DNA from: Myxococcota bacterium
Lineage (GTDB): Bacteria > Myxococcota_A > Polyangia > HGW-17
Length of the DNA: 64,000 bases
Assembly (NCBI GenBank): GCA_036802685.1
Contig: DAIRVS010000006.1
Coordinates: 1,073 to 65,072 of the forward strand
Direction of reading: 5' to 3'
How positions within the stretch are numbered: position 1 is the first letter of the stretch; each line of letters opens with the position of its first letter. Below the pieces are notes generated by a model. The model searched no databases. It worked only from the letters and a program-made list of their open reading frames with translations, and had not been told where the DNA came from. Shown piece after piece: positions 55,137-64,000 of the stretch. The translations under genes and the position numbers were made by a program.

Positions 55137-55833
55137 AGCGGACGAACAGGCCGGCGTACCAGGGCATCATCTCGAAGTTGAAATCCAGGTCCTCGGGCTC
55201 GTTGCACTCGCCGCCGTCGGCCTCGTAGAAGCAGGCGTCGCTCCAGTTCGGGTACCAGAAGCGGCCCATCAGGCCCAGGTGCAGGCGCTGGGCGACGCGC
55301 ACGCTCAGGCCGGCGACGGCCCCCACGGTGACGCCGGTGGCGCGGAAGATCAGGTGCTTGCCGTCCTCCTCGTCGAAGACGCCGTCGGCATAGACGGTCG
55401 CGTAGCCGAAGGCGGCCGAGGCGAACAGTTCGAGGCGGCTGCCCAGGGGCAGGATCCCGCGGGCCTCGAAGTTGAGCACGTAGTCGTACAGGGTGTCGAT
55501 CTGGTCCGGGGCCATGCGCCCGTAGTGCACGTTGAACCCCAGCGCGAAGTGGCGGTTCATGCGGTACAGCGCGGTGAGGTCGGCGCCCCAGGACGGGCCG
55601 CCCTCGGAGCAGAATTCGCCGGAACAGGCGTTGAGGCCGCCGCCGGCCTCGAACAGCAGCGAAGACACGGAAGGCCTCGACGCCGGGGGCTTCACTTCGG
55701 GCGCCGCGGCGGGCGCCGCGGCGGGCGTCGCGGCGGGCTTGTCGGCCGCGGCGGGCTCGGCCGCGCGCGCGGGCACAGCCAGAAAGACGGTCAGCAACAG
55801 GGAAATCACAAGGGCGGCATCAGGGCGTCGCAT
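55120..55833 (-). CDS. outer-membrane beta-barrel protein
   Basis: Signal peptide, Ala/Pro-rich linker, alternating amphipathic beta-strands, and a C-terminal aromatic residue (..RYELPY). Confidence 0.55.
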   Translation of the reverse strand: MRRPDAALVISLLLTVFLAVPARAAEPAAADKPAATPAAAPAAAPEVKPPASRPSVSSLLFEAGGGLNACSGEFCSEGGPSWGADLTALYRMNRHFALGFNVHYGRMAPDQIDTLYDYVLNFEARGILPLGSRLELFASAAFGYATVYADGVFDEEDGKHLIFRATGVTVGAVAGLSVRVAQRLHLGLMGRFWYPNWSDACFYEADGGECNEPEDLDFNFEMMPWYAGLFVRYELPY

Positions 55834-55992
55834 GCTTCACAGCCTCGGTTCAAGCGGGTGTCGGTCTCGCGTTCCGGTGCATTACAACGGCCGACAGCCT
55901 ACCACGAAAGCACCCCGTCCCGCAACAGGTTCGGCCACGTTCAGGGGCAGGAAAACGCCCGTCACACTGCAAAAATAAATCCCGGGTCTTCC

Positions 55993-57837
55993 TCAATCAG
56001 ACCGGTACTCCAGGTCTTCCACGCCCTTCAGACGACCATTACCCGACACCATCAGGAACGTGCAGACATCGAAGACGATCGACCCAAGTTCTTGCGCTGC
56101 TCGGTCCAGACTCGAACCTTTTGACCATCGATGTCTCTTCAAGCTCAGGCGAAACTTCGGCGGCAATTCGAGCGGCACATTGAAATTCACATGATGAGCA
56201 ACACCTTTGGGATCGAGCCCCGTGATGTACAGACCGTCGTCCCGCAGGAATGCGTGCATGATGGGCCTTCCCTCGAAGAGATCCCCCAGGGCGATGCCTT
56301 GCCAGAACAGCGCCAACGGCACTCGCAACTGAAATACGCCCATCTTGGCCGTCTCGAGAGGGTTTGGCTGCACGGGGAAATACCAGTTCAGCACGAGGTT
56401 CTCACGATCGAGCTCCGGGGTCGAAGTCAACATGGCCGTCTGGAGTTGTCGCTCCAGTTCGAGCAGAGAAACTGGCAGAGGACCAGCGGGTATCACCGGT
56501 GGCGAATAATCGTATCCGGTAAAAACCATGCACCAGTGCTTTTGCAGAGCCTCTTTTCCATAGCTTCTCCCCAACCTGAGCCGGAGACCGGATTCTCCTG
56601 GTCCACTTTCCCGCGCCGTGACCCAAGGATTGGCCCGCAGATCTTCACGGAGCTTGGCACTCAAGTCCTGCAGAAACCTCGGAGGCAACGGCTCGGGCCT
56701 TTCGTCTTCGTACCAATGGGATACCACGTTCGCCTCTGGCGCATCGATCCCTTCATCGGGAAGTGGAGCGACAGCCTCCGACCGCAGTTTCACCGAAGTC
56801 TTTCGCTCGAGACGCTCAGGAAATTCAGACTGATACATTAAGGCGCGAAACACAATCCGCTCCCCTCGCGAGAGCAAGCTGGCCGGGGATAAATACGCTG
56901 TGCGTGCGCGCGTTTCACGCTGGGCTTTCGAACTCGCGGGCACATCCGTCACCAGCGGTCGTCGCAACGACTGCCGTCGGAAAAACCGATGCAACACCAA
57001 CTGCCGTGTGGTGGGTCTGACTTTCCATTCCTTCTCCAGGAGTCTCAGATTCCAGTCCCTGTCCTTCGCCACCGCTAAAATGGCTTCTCCTCGCTGGCAG
57101 TTCGCGTAATACCCCCAGTTCTGGTGCAGGACCTCCGAACGCTTCCAACGCCGGACCAAGTCCAAGGGGTTGGTCGTCATCAGGAAAAGGCCCGTCCAAT
57201 TTCCATCGATGGAAACCAGGGTGGCCATCATATCGGGCGTGCCGTCCACGCGGTCCAGGGACTGCGCCAAGGTTCGTCCAGGCTCCTGGAAGCTGTCCAT
57301 TCCAAAAACCAGCGTGTGCAAAGAGAGACGGAACAGAGACGGCTGCGGCTCGTCTTCGACGTTGCGCCCCAAATGGATGAAGGCGACGGATGCCTGCGAC
57401 GGTTTCCCCGAAAAAATGGTCTTCCTTTGTTCCGCCTCTTTCGAGATGAATACGCCTGAATCCTCGAGATAGGAAGACATGACCAGCCGATGGAGACGGA
57501 ACCGTTCTTCTCCGGACACGGTGGACAAACTCCCACAGAGCAGAACGAACCCGCCCTCGATGACCGGCTCTTCCTGGTACAGTCTTTCGACCGACTCCAT
57601 GAAGAGTTCCTGGTTTTTTTTCAACACCCGGGAAACTGGCGACGACATTCTCTCGCTTGTGAACATGCCGCGGTCGTCCAGCCAACGTCGGTGTCCGGTT
57701 ACGCCCCACAATTCCAGAGTTTCCACGAATTCCCGATACTCCCGGCACTGCCGAGGATTTTGGTACGACCAAATCACCTCGTCGACAATCGTGGGAATTT
57801 GTTGCCAATCCGGTTCCTGAAACGCGATACGGGCCAT
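55993..57837 (-). CDS. hypothetical protein (614 aa) of intermediate GC, divergent from the giant orphan gene
   Basis: Long ORF with no recognisable motif; the start was set at MARIAFQEPDWQQ; codon usage is atypical for the host. Confidence 0.45.
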   Translation of the reverse strand: MARIAFQEPDWQQIPTIVDEVIWSYQNPRQCREYREFVETLELWGVTGHRRWLDDRGMFTSERMSSPVSRVLKKNQELFMESVERLYQEEPVIEGGFVLLCGSLSTVSGEERFRLHRLVMSSYLEDSGVFISKEAEQRKTIFSGKPSQASVAFIHLGRNVEDEPQPSLFRLSLHTLVFGMDSFQEPGRTLAQSLDRVDGTPDMMATLVSIDGNWTGLFLMTTNPLDLVRRWKRSEVLHQNWGYYANCQRGEAILAVAKDRDWNLRLLEKEWKVRPTTRQLVLHRFFRRQSLRRPLVTDVPASSKAQRETRARTAYLSPASLLSRGERIVFRALMYQSEFPERLERKTSVKLRSEAVAPLPDEGIDAPEANVVSHWYEDERPEPLPPRFLQDLSAKLREDLRANPWVTARESGPGESGLRLRLGRSYGKEALQKHWCMVFTGYDYSPPVIPAGPLPVSLLELERQLQTAMLTSTPELDRENLVLNWYFPVQPNPLETAKMGVFQLRVPLALFWQGIALGDLFEGRPIMHAFLRDDGLYITGLDPKGVAHHVNFNVPLELPPKFRLSLKRHRWSKGSSLDRAAQELGSIVFDVCTFLMVSGNGRLKGVEDLEYRSD

Positions 57838-57990
57838 TTTTCGTACTCCATGATTACCAGCCCAACTTGTCATTCGTCGACCGCAGACGTTTCCACGGAC
57901 GCGTAAACGAACAAAGACTGACAAAGAATTTTATGATTTTTTTCTTTTGAAATACAGTATGATGACGCGTCTTGTTTTGAGGAATCAACA

Positions 57991-60900
57991 ATGACCAACA
58001 AGACCAATAAATATAATTATAGCTTATTGTTTTTCCCGGATCAAAAAGTCGGGAAATCGAAAATGGCCTTTTTGCAGCACAAGTTGCTGGCCAGAGGTTT
58101 CGTCGATTTCCGGGACTCCGACCGAAGCCTTCTCCATCGTGATGATACCCTCCTCGTGCATGACTTCTTCAGCACAGCAGACAGGGATGATCAGCTATTT
58201 CTGGGTTTCTATTTGGATGGGTTTCCGGAAGATGACAAAACCTTGACGATACAGGATTTTGCCAAAGGCAAACATGACCAGAGTGGAAAACTGGAGGATC
58301 TGTTTTTTTTATCGGCATCCAGGAAAATTCTTTGTTGCATCGTTGTGCCGGACGAGATAAAAATCATCACGAAAAAGTTGCCCATGTTCCAACGCAGGTC
58401 GGACCAATCGATCGCCGTGGTGTTTATCCATTGTCATGCCGACTCTGGCCTAGGTAACCTCACCTCTGAGTTGTTCTCCATTTTGATGAAATTTATGACT
58501 TCCAACCACACGCACCTTGATAAAGCCTATTTGGATACATTTTATTATTATAGTGATGATTACTTTCCATTCTTGCAGAATTTCGGTGCGTTCGAAATTT
58601 CCGTTGGCTCATGTGAAATCCAATGTCTGGATGAATACAGACCTCCAATAAGAAAAAATCGGCAGGGCGTGGACGCCTTGAAATTGGAAAACCTCGAAAG
58701 GCACACATTGGAACGAAGCCGGATGGACTGGCAACTCGCGACTCCCGCCATGCCCCTACCTCCTGCAGAATTGAACTCCCCGAAACCGGAAATCCAGTTG
58801 TTGAAAACGACGAAGGAAAAGACTCTGCTCCATGAACTCGATAAGCTCGGCCGACAACTACAGGTTGTAATCAAACAGGTGCACCAGGGAAATGCGTCCG
58901 GAGCTCTCCAAAACCTGCTGGAAGTGATTGAAAATCTGAAAGAAATCCAGGACCCCGGAGAAGTCGTCCATCGTATGCTCTTTTTTGCCCTGCTCTGGTA
59001 CGGGAATCTCTGGTTGAACAGGAAAAACTATGACAGTGCCCTGCTAGCCTGGGAGGAGGCAATATCCGTCCAGGAGCGATACGCAGGCGGGCAATATTAT
59101 TCCCAAGAACAGTCATTGTTCATCTATGATGCACTGAGTTATATATATTTTAAAAAAGACAATTTCGATGCCATGGAATTTTTCATTGAAGAGAAATTCA
59201 AACTTCTGGAGAAACTGCCTGACCATGATGGACCGTTGAAGACCATTTACCTGAACACTCAATGTCAAATATTAATACTTTTGCTCAAAAATGCTGAAAT
59301 AGCAAAGGCATTGACGATGTCCAGTCAACTACTGCAGGCCTTTTTTTCCGGGGAGCATGAACTGCCATCACATTGGCAGGTCTTTCAATTGGTCTGGAGC
59401 CTATACACCGAAGCAGCGAGCAGATGCAGGAACATCGACGGATGGCTGGAGGCAAGCACCGCGAAAGCCGGATTATTGAACTCTCTCGCTCCCCTGACTG
59501 AATCGACCTGGCAAGAGGAGTTGTTCACCGACACCGAAATCGAACGCTCGATCGGATGGGTTTTCCATGAAATTCCCAATCGCTTCATGGATCCCGACAA
59601 CCAACAGCGCATCCAAACCATTCGAAGGAAATTCGTCGAATCGCCCTGCCCCCCAGCCCTCCAGCAAAAAATGCTCAACTGGGCTTTTCATGTTGGGTAT
59701 TTTTACTTGAGAAATCAACAACTTGAGCGGGCCCACGAGTTCTTTGAAATCGCAAGAAAACATCTGACGGAATTTCAACTGGACCCTCGCACGATGGAAC
59801 ATGTCTTCGTGCTCTTTTATGAATTCGCTGGTGCGGCGGCCCACACTTCAGGTGATGCATATGCCGCATTTTTCTGGAGCAAACGAGAGTATGACTATTT
59901 CTCCACTGACAATCAAGAACCGGGCAAACTGGCCTCCTGCTTGTATCGGTGGCTCTATAGTTCAATTCGTGTGCAAAACCAAAATGGAATCGAAACGGCA
60001 GTGAGTGCGGCATCTCCCTTGCTGGAATTGCCGGTTTACCCAGATGTGTACGAAGTGGATCCACTTTTACTTTGCAAACTGTACCTATTGTGCACCAAGC
60101 AATTGCAGGAAAAGGACCGCGATGTGAACACGCGGTTGATCCGCCTAAACAATGAACGAATCCTGCGAGTCACGGAAGATCCCAAATATTCGCTTCAAGA
60201 AGTCGCAAGTCTATATCTGCAATTCTATCAGAACTTCCTGACATCCACGCGTGGCGCGGCCTTTTTATCCCTGAAACGTCTATTGAACCGATACTGTACG
60301 AAAAAGGATCCCTCGGATCAACGCGAAGAATGTTTTCTAATCATGATGAAGACCGGCATTCTGATTCAATACATGATTGCACTAGTTCACCCTTCATATT
60401 ATGTTCTTTTTTCTAATATCGTCCATGTAATCCGAATGGTTGAATCTCCCCGCCAGGACCAGTTCCATCTGCTTGAATATTATTTCCTATCAATGTATTA
60501 CCTTGAAAAAAAGAACCAAGAGCAAGTATTACCTCAAGCCCTGCGAAAATACCTTAGCCTGGACAGCCAATTGTTACTGCAAAAATGCACCCTGAAAGAC
60601 CGAACCCTGGTTCGTCCAGAGCTCTTTGAGGCCATTCATAAGTTAATTGACTCTCATGTGGAAAGTCGTTCATTCAACAGACAGGAGGAACTGTATCGAG
60701 TCATTTTCAGCGCTTGTTTTTTGGCATCGATGAATCCAAGCGAAGATGACCTGCTCAGCCAATTGGCCATTGCCGTCGAGCGAATCCCCGAGCAGAACCT
60801 CAAATACGGCATCAACAAGCAAATTGCCAAACTGCTCCATGAATGGACGCCTATCAATCCAAAGAAGTTCATTCCGGAGTTTGTGCGATCCGTGAAAAAC

Positions 60901-62031
60901 CTAATGGAAGCCAGTCAATACGTTGCAGACCGTTCACCTTTTATGGAATTATTACTGTTTCATGAAAACCAGTTGTTTGACCCGAAACGCCCCATCAGTG
61001 ACAACACGATCATTTCCACTCAATGGCGATTGGTGGACCTTTATTTTCAGAACAACGACATAAATCGTGCAAACCGTATTTTTGACTTGAATGTGAAAAA
61101 TATCACCACTTGTTTCAACAAGCCCCAATTGGAAATACTCGAATTGGTTAATCAGATTGGTGAATGCAAATCCAGATTGGATAAGTTCAAGCCTCTTCAA
61201 AAAGAATCGAGAAGCAGTCTGCAGGTTCTGGCCAGGGTGTTCAGGGAAAAGGTATTCGTCGAGTCATCCCCGTCGCCCCCTTTGCACATATTGAACGAGG
61301 CCTACCGGATGATTCTGATGATTGAAATTCACCTGGACGAACCGAAAGACGTATGGGAACTACTGGAGAAAGACCTGGCCCGATGGTTTCACCTAGGCTA
61401 CAACTATTTCCATGTTTTTTCCTCGCTGGTGCTGGACATCTCTCAAAAGAGCTCCCAAATGGAAAGGAATCCGGAGAACGGCGATCCACACATTGATTTC
61501 ATCCTGAAGGCTTTTCCCATCATTTTAAAAAACACGCAGGATCCCCGCTGCGGCGAAGTATTCATAAAAGAAGCCTTTTTCCGGACTCACGATGACAAAT
61601 GCTTTAGTACTTATAGGGATATAAAGCTAGACGAATTACTTCAACAACACATAAATAACTCTATATGGAATGAAAATGTTATTCTAATTTTATCCTATCT
61701 CCACAAAAGAAATTACCGTCTGGTACATCCGGAAATAGTCGCCCGATACTCCCTGGAGTTGCTGAAAAAAGCCCTCGGGGCAGTTCGTGATCCCGAGACC
61801 GGTGAAGTGATGAATCGTTTCGAACAGTATCCAGATGGTGCACTGTATGAGCCAAATATTTTGGCATTGGCTGCCATATACAGCCAATACCACAGTTGGT
61901 GTTTCGATGGAAATATTCTTGGGTTTCTCAGCAAGTACCAGTACCGTTTCAAGGAAAAAACCAAAAACCTGAAACTGGACGATGGCGTGAAAAAGTATGT
62001 AATTTTCGCGCTCGATTTGCTCCCTATGTGA
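57991..62031 (+). CDS. giant (1346 aa) predicted all-alpha protein of unknown function in a low-GC island
   Basis: Uninterrupted 4-kb ORF with AT-rich codon usage, no Walker or catalytic motifs, and a composition suggesting repetitive helical (TPR/ARM-like) architecture. Confidence 0.6.
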   Translation: MTNKTNKYNYSLLFFPDQKVGKSKMAFLQHKLLARGFVDFRDSDRSLLHRDDTLLVHDFFSTADRDDQLFLGFYLDGFPEDDKTLTIQDFAKGKHDQSGKLEDLFFLSASRKILCCIVVPDEIKIITKKLPMFQRRSDQSIAVVFIHCHADSGLGNLTSELFSILMKFMTSNHTHLDKAYLDTFYYYSDDYFPFLQNFGAFEISVGSCEIQCLDEYRPPIRKNRQGVDALKLENLERHTLERSRMDWQLATPAMPLPPAELNSPKPEIQLLKTTKEKTLLHELDKLGRQLQVVIKQVHQGNASGALQNLLEVIENLKEIQDPGEVVHRMLFFALLWYGNLWLNRKNYDSALLAWEEAISVQERYAGGQYYSQEQSLFIYDALSYIYFKKDNFDAMEFFIEEKFKLLEKLPDHDGPLKTIYLNTQCQILILLLKNAEIAKALTMSSQLLQAFFSGEHELPSHWQVFQLVWSLYTEAASRCRNIDGWLEASTAKAGLLNSLAPLTESTWQEELFTDTEIERSIGWVFHEIPNRFMDPDNQQRIQTIRRKFVESPCPPALQQKMLNWAFHVGYFYLRNQQLERAHEFFEIARKHLTEFQLDPRTMEHVFVLFYEFAGAAAHTSGDAYAAFFWSKREYDYFSTDNQEPGKLASCLYRWLYSSIRVQNQNGIETAVSAASPLLELPVYPDVYEVDPLLLCKLYLLCTKQLQEKDRDVNTRLIRLNNERILRVTEDPKYSLQEVASLYLQFYQNFLTSTRGAAFLSLKRLLNRYCTKKDPSDQREECFLIMMKTGILIQYMIALVHPSYYVLFSNIVHVIRMVESPRQDQFHLLEYYFLSMYYLEKKNQEQVLPQALRKYLSLDSQLLLQKCTLKDRTLVRPELFEAIHKLIDSHVESRSFNRQEELYRVIFSACFLASMNPSEDDLLSQLAIAVERIPEQNLKYGINKQIAKLLHEWTPINPKKFIPEFVRSVKNLMEASQYVADRSPFMELLLFHENQLFDPKRPISDNTIISTQWRLVDLYFQNNDINRANRIFDLNVKNITTCFNKPQLEILELVNQIGECKSRLDKFKPLQKESRSSLQVLARVFREKVFVESSPSPPLHILNEAYRMILMIEIHLDEPKDVWELLEKDLARWFHLGYNYFHVFSSLVLDISQKSSQMERNPENGDPHIDFILKAFPIILKNTQDPRCGEVFIKEAFFRTHDDKCFSTYRDIKLDELLQQHINNSIWNENVILILSYLHKRNYRLVHPEIVARYSLELLKKALGAVRDPETGEVMNRFEQYPDGALYEPNILALAAIYSQYHSWCFDGNILGFLSKYQYRFKEKTKNLKLDDGVKKYVIFALDLLPM

Positions 62032-62051
62032 ATATTTATGGAGTATTATTA

Positions 62052-63188
62052 TTGATTCCCTCCATCCACGACGAGCGGCTTCGAATAGTGGCAATTTCGG
62101 GTCGCCCGATCGATTCCCTCGGTGGCGCCGAACGATCACTGGCTCGGTTATGTAAGGCCTTGTCGGCTCATCACGATTTGCAGTTGTTGGCGCCAACAAC
62201 AGATGGTGCCACGATAACAAATGATGGTAGGGAAGATTTCTATTTATACAATGATGTCATGAAAAAACTCGAGTCAGTTGGCGCAGTTGATATCATATAC
62301 CTTGGCAGCCACTTCATGCTGAAAACTCCGACTGCGTTTTCAAGAATGAAAACTCTATTTCCAACAGCCAAGCTTGTCCTGAAGGAGACCACAGCTGGCA
62401 AACTGATTCGTGTGCTCGCACGTCTGGAGAAGCAGGAAGCAAGCCAGATTTTGCGAGACCTGGACGCCATTGTCTGCACCTCGTATAGAATTTGGCATGA
62501 CTATCAATATCTTTCAGGATTCAATGGCCAATTGGAACTGATTCCCAATGGTGTCGACACCCGGCTTTTCGCGCCTGTGACGGAGGAAACGCAGACAAGG
62601 ATCCGCCGCCGTCTGGGTTTGGACACTTCTCGACCACTCGTCATCTTTTCCGGCCGATTCGCGGAAAAGAAAAATCTCGATGTGATTTATGGCGCCTGGC
62701 TGGACATGGAGAGACATTTTGGAGATTGGGCCCAATTGGTGCTGGTCGGCAAGATCCACAAACACTACGATGCGGGTATTGTGCGCCTGATGCGTGAAGA
62801 CCTGCGTAACGTGAAGTTTATTGGGCCGTTCTCGAGGGACGAAGACTTGGCATCCTGTTACCAGGCCGCCGACTTTTTTTTGGCGCCCACTTCCAGGGAA
62901 GGTCTTTCCAATGCATTTCTGGAAGCATCGGCTTGCGGTCTCTACCCAGTTGTCACGGCAATCTCTGGATATGAAGATGTCATCACGACACCGAAGTCGG
63001 GCATGTTGGTGGAAGAACGCAATACATCTGACGTCATCCGATGCTTGAAGATGCTGAACCTAAATCCCGACACATACCGCCGGTACGCTCGGGACTGCCT
63101 GAGGCCTCATATCGTCTCAAATCACGACATCCACCATGTCGCACAATTGTATCATAATTTATTTACCAGATTGCGCGAGGTCAGATGA
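62052..63188 (+). CDS. family 4 (GT-B) glycosyltransferase
   Basis: The C-terminal half carries the GT4 signature ..FAPTSREGLSNAFLEASACGLYPVVTAISG... The start is uncertain (TTG at 62052 or GTG at 62088). Its stop overlaps the next start (ATGA). Confidence 0.65.
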   Translation: MIPSIHDERLRIVAISGRPIDSLGGAERSLARLCKALSAHHDLQLLAPTTDGATITNDGREDFYLYNDVMKKLESVGAVDIIYLGSHFMLKTPTAFSRMKTLFPTAKLVLKETTAGKLIRVLARLEKQEASQILRDLDAIVCTSYRIWHDYQYLSGFNGQLELIPNGVDTRLFAPVTEETQTRIRRRLGLDTSRPLVIFSGRFAEKKNLDVIYGAWLDMERHFGDWAQLVLVGKIHKHYDAGIVRLMREDLRNVKFIGPFSRDEDLASCYQAADFFLAPTSREGLSNAFLEASACGLYPVVTAISGYEDVITTPKSGMLVEERNTSDVIRCLKMLNLNPDTYRRYARDCLRPHIVSNHDIHHVAQLYHNLFTRLREVR

Positions 63189-64000
63189 AGTTTGAGCGAA
63201 AGATGACACTCGATCAGGCGTGTGAAACAGCCCGGCGCGTGGCCGTCACGGCACTGGCGACACAGGTCGCCGGTCTGCCTCAGGGAGGACACCCCTGCGG
63301 GTTTTTACTGTGTGGGTCAGCGGCTGATTTCGGAAGTTTCACGGTCCATTCCGATCTTGACCTGCATGTTCTGGCACCCAATGTTGCCATCGGAGAAGAG
63401 CTCGCCGCTCAACTGAAACAGGCATGGGACCGGTTGCCTGTTCCTCATCCACCACTGAGCATCAGTTTGCAACTTCTTCCCGGTGCGATTGATGACCCGT
63501 ACTGGCGTGTCGCACTCTGGTTGGGTTCCGCGTCAAATCCTTTGCGGTTGCAGATCATCCAAACCTGCCTTGAATCGGATTGCCGTCGTTCCCATCTGCT
63601 GGAATCCTTTTTCGAGTATCTGGCATGCCGTCTTACCCCCACGCGACACAACCTGCGGACGCATCCTGGCGCACTGCGCGCCCTTTGGTTGATGAAGCAC
63701 ATCACACAAACCGGACTACCCAGTTTCAGCGAGGAACCGATCGATTGGCTGGGAAACCTGATGAACGAAGGTGGATTTCCCGGCGAGCGAATCACATTCA
63801 TCCTTCAATTCGTTCAACGGTTGCGATTCGCCCGTTGCGTTCCGACATCAGCCTCCCATGATGGTTGCTTTCCGGTGAATGAACCATGGGGGAAGTTGTG
63901 CCGGGATGAGGCGTGCCAATGGTTGATGCAACTTGAGCAATCGGTTCCCCCTCTCTCCCTGGCGCTGAAAGATCTCTATCATGTCCGGTTTCAGGAGTTG
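63185..64000 (+). CDS. nucleotidyltransferase-fold protein (minimal NTase motif GS-x11-DLD), 3'-truncated by the window edge
   Basis: Open frame from the ATG at 63185 to the window end; LCGSAADFGSFTVHSDLDLHVLAP matches the pol-beta NTase hG[GS]x9-13Dh[DE]h signature, and a helical region follows. Confidence 0.6.
   Translation, partial: MKFERKMTLDQACETARRVAVTALATQVAGLPQGGHPCGFLLCGSAADFGSFTVHSDLDLHVLAPNVAIGEELAAQLKQAWDRLPVPHPPLSISLQLLPGAIDDPYWRVALWLGSASNPLRLQIIQTCLESDCRRSHLLESFFEYLACRLTPTRHNLRTHPGALRALWLMKHITQTGLPSFSEEPIDWLGNLMNEGGFPGERITFILQFVQRLRFARCVPTSASHDGCFPVNEPWGKLCRDEACQWLMQLEQSVPPLSLALKDLYHVRFQEL

Overview
This is a 64-kb window of a high-GC chromosome, almost certainly from a myxobacterium (Myxococcota). 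Three things point that way: an mglB-mglA gliding-motility GTPase operon whose MglA is near-identical to Myxococcus xanthus MglA; two tandem lipoproteins built from the 'Myxococcus cysteine-rich repeat'; and a secreted S1 protease ending in a MYXO-CTERM sorting tail. Most of the window is dense core coding, with frequent ATGA/GTGA overlaps between adjacent genes. Recognisable core genes are pfk, prfC, ornithine carbamoyltransferase, gyrB, ligA, comEC, ctp (S41 protease), an FKBP isomerase, a CDF transporter, NhaC, a YtrA-type GntR/ABC operon, a Ser/Thr kinase, a sensor histidine kinase and a tandem-cNMP-binding protein. Three regions stand out. (1) A 3.2-kb low-GC island (about 3.0-6.2 kb) sits inside a Memo-family (AmmeMemoRadiSam protein B-like) gene; it carries a secreted HExxH metalloprotease-like gene and is flanked by imperfect ~120-bp direct repeats of the Memo coding sequence, and the reading frames around it are puzzling. 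(2) A six-gene minus-strand operon (47.8-53.6 kb) encodes a 2-hydroxyacyl-CoA dehydratase/benzoyl-CoA reductase-like radical enzyme pair, two activase ATPases, a Cys-motif protein and a CooC-like CxC metallocentre ATPase. (3) A low-GC block of at least 8 kb at the right edge (56-64 kb) holds a 1346-aa orphan alpha-helical protein translationally coupled to a GT4 glycosyltransferase and a minimal nucleotidyltransferase. Smaller observations: a conserved CCCGGGTAG...CTACCCGGG hairpin family after three genes; (CGAAAT)n microsatellites bracketing the kinase-CDF module; a promoter plus palindromic operator for the YtrA-like operon; and a trio of paralogous proline-rich membrane proteins. No rRNA, tRNA, CRISPR array or transposase gene was seen.
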